From the NCBI GenBank assembly GCA_964234715.1, contig OZ174282.1: a stretch of 64,000 nt of DNA. One strand, 5' to 3'. The notes beneath the pieces were generated by a model, which made no database searches, was not told the DNA's origin, and saw only the letters and a list, made by a program, of their open reading frames with translations. This stretch comes from Podarcis melisellensis. Taxonomy: Eukaryota. Positions 63,441-64,000 of the stretch are shown here, in pieces; the first letter of the stretch is position 1; each line of letters opens with the position of its first letter. Made by a program: the position numbers and the translations under genes.

Positions 63441-64000
63441 TCCCAAGAGCTCACAGGCCTCTTCAAGCCTGGTTAAAAAAACTTCTATCTCCCTGCATTC
63501 TGATTCAAACCAAAGCTGTTTCTGGTTCTGTGTCCCTTCCCAGCTCTAATGAGTGTCACATTTTTAAGGCTGGAAATTCTAGACAATTAACAATACAATC
63601 CTGGAGCTCATCAAGCAAAACCATCACAGTGATTTCATAGCCAACTCATAACAGAGACACAAGTCAATCCGTCTTAGCCAGACATTTAAGAGGGGCTGAG
63701 GTGCTAGGGTCTCGGCATCCTTTTGTCCTTGAGAAACTGAAGCAACTGTATGGTTTCAAAGGGTCAACACCCTCTCATTCACACCCCATTGTATCATTCT
63801 CTCTAAACTGTTATCGTCTATTGTATAATACAATGCGCCATCGAATCTAATGAACACCCTAATTTTCACGACGTAATCTGGCCAAAAAAGGTGTGCATTA
63901 CATTTGAGTAAATATGGTATAATTGTATGATGATGATAATAATAATCTGAGACTGGAATAGGGAGTAATGTTTGTTTATTGACCAAGCAGTTCCATTTTA

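Overview
Vertebrate genomic DNA from a squamate reptile; Sauria SINEs suggest a lacertid-type lizard (inference). The ORF track is mostly noise because the genes are spliced. I reconstructed five complete, phase-consistent GT-AG coding sequences by hand: CFDP1 (-, 7 exons, 285 aa), TMEM170A (+, 3 exons, 149 aa), a C-factor/CsgA-like short-chain dehydrogenase (-, 6 exons, 256 aa), CIAPIN1/anamorsin (-, 8 coding exons, 306 aa) and COQ9 (+, 9 exons, 315 aa). There are two head-to-head pairs (CFDP1/TMEM170A and CIAPIN1/COQ9). Between them lie the SDR, a decayed tandem duplicate of the SDR locus, and an L1-type processed S100A6-like retrocopy. In that retrocopy a frameshift is potentially bypassed by an ATG inside its own target-site duplication. 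The window also holds many transposon relics: nested hAT MITEs with perfect 8-bp TSDs, Tc1/mariner-pogo MITEs (one full of hairpins), a Sauria SINE nested in a probable solo LTR, and L1/L2/CR1 fragments. I found no clear wholly new multi-gene system; the best leads are the retrocopy, the SDR locus and its relic, and the hairpin MITE. All family assignments are from recognition, not database searches.
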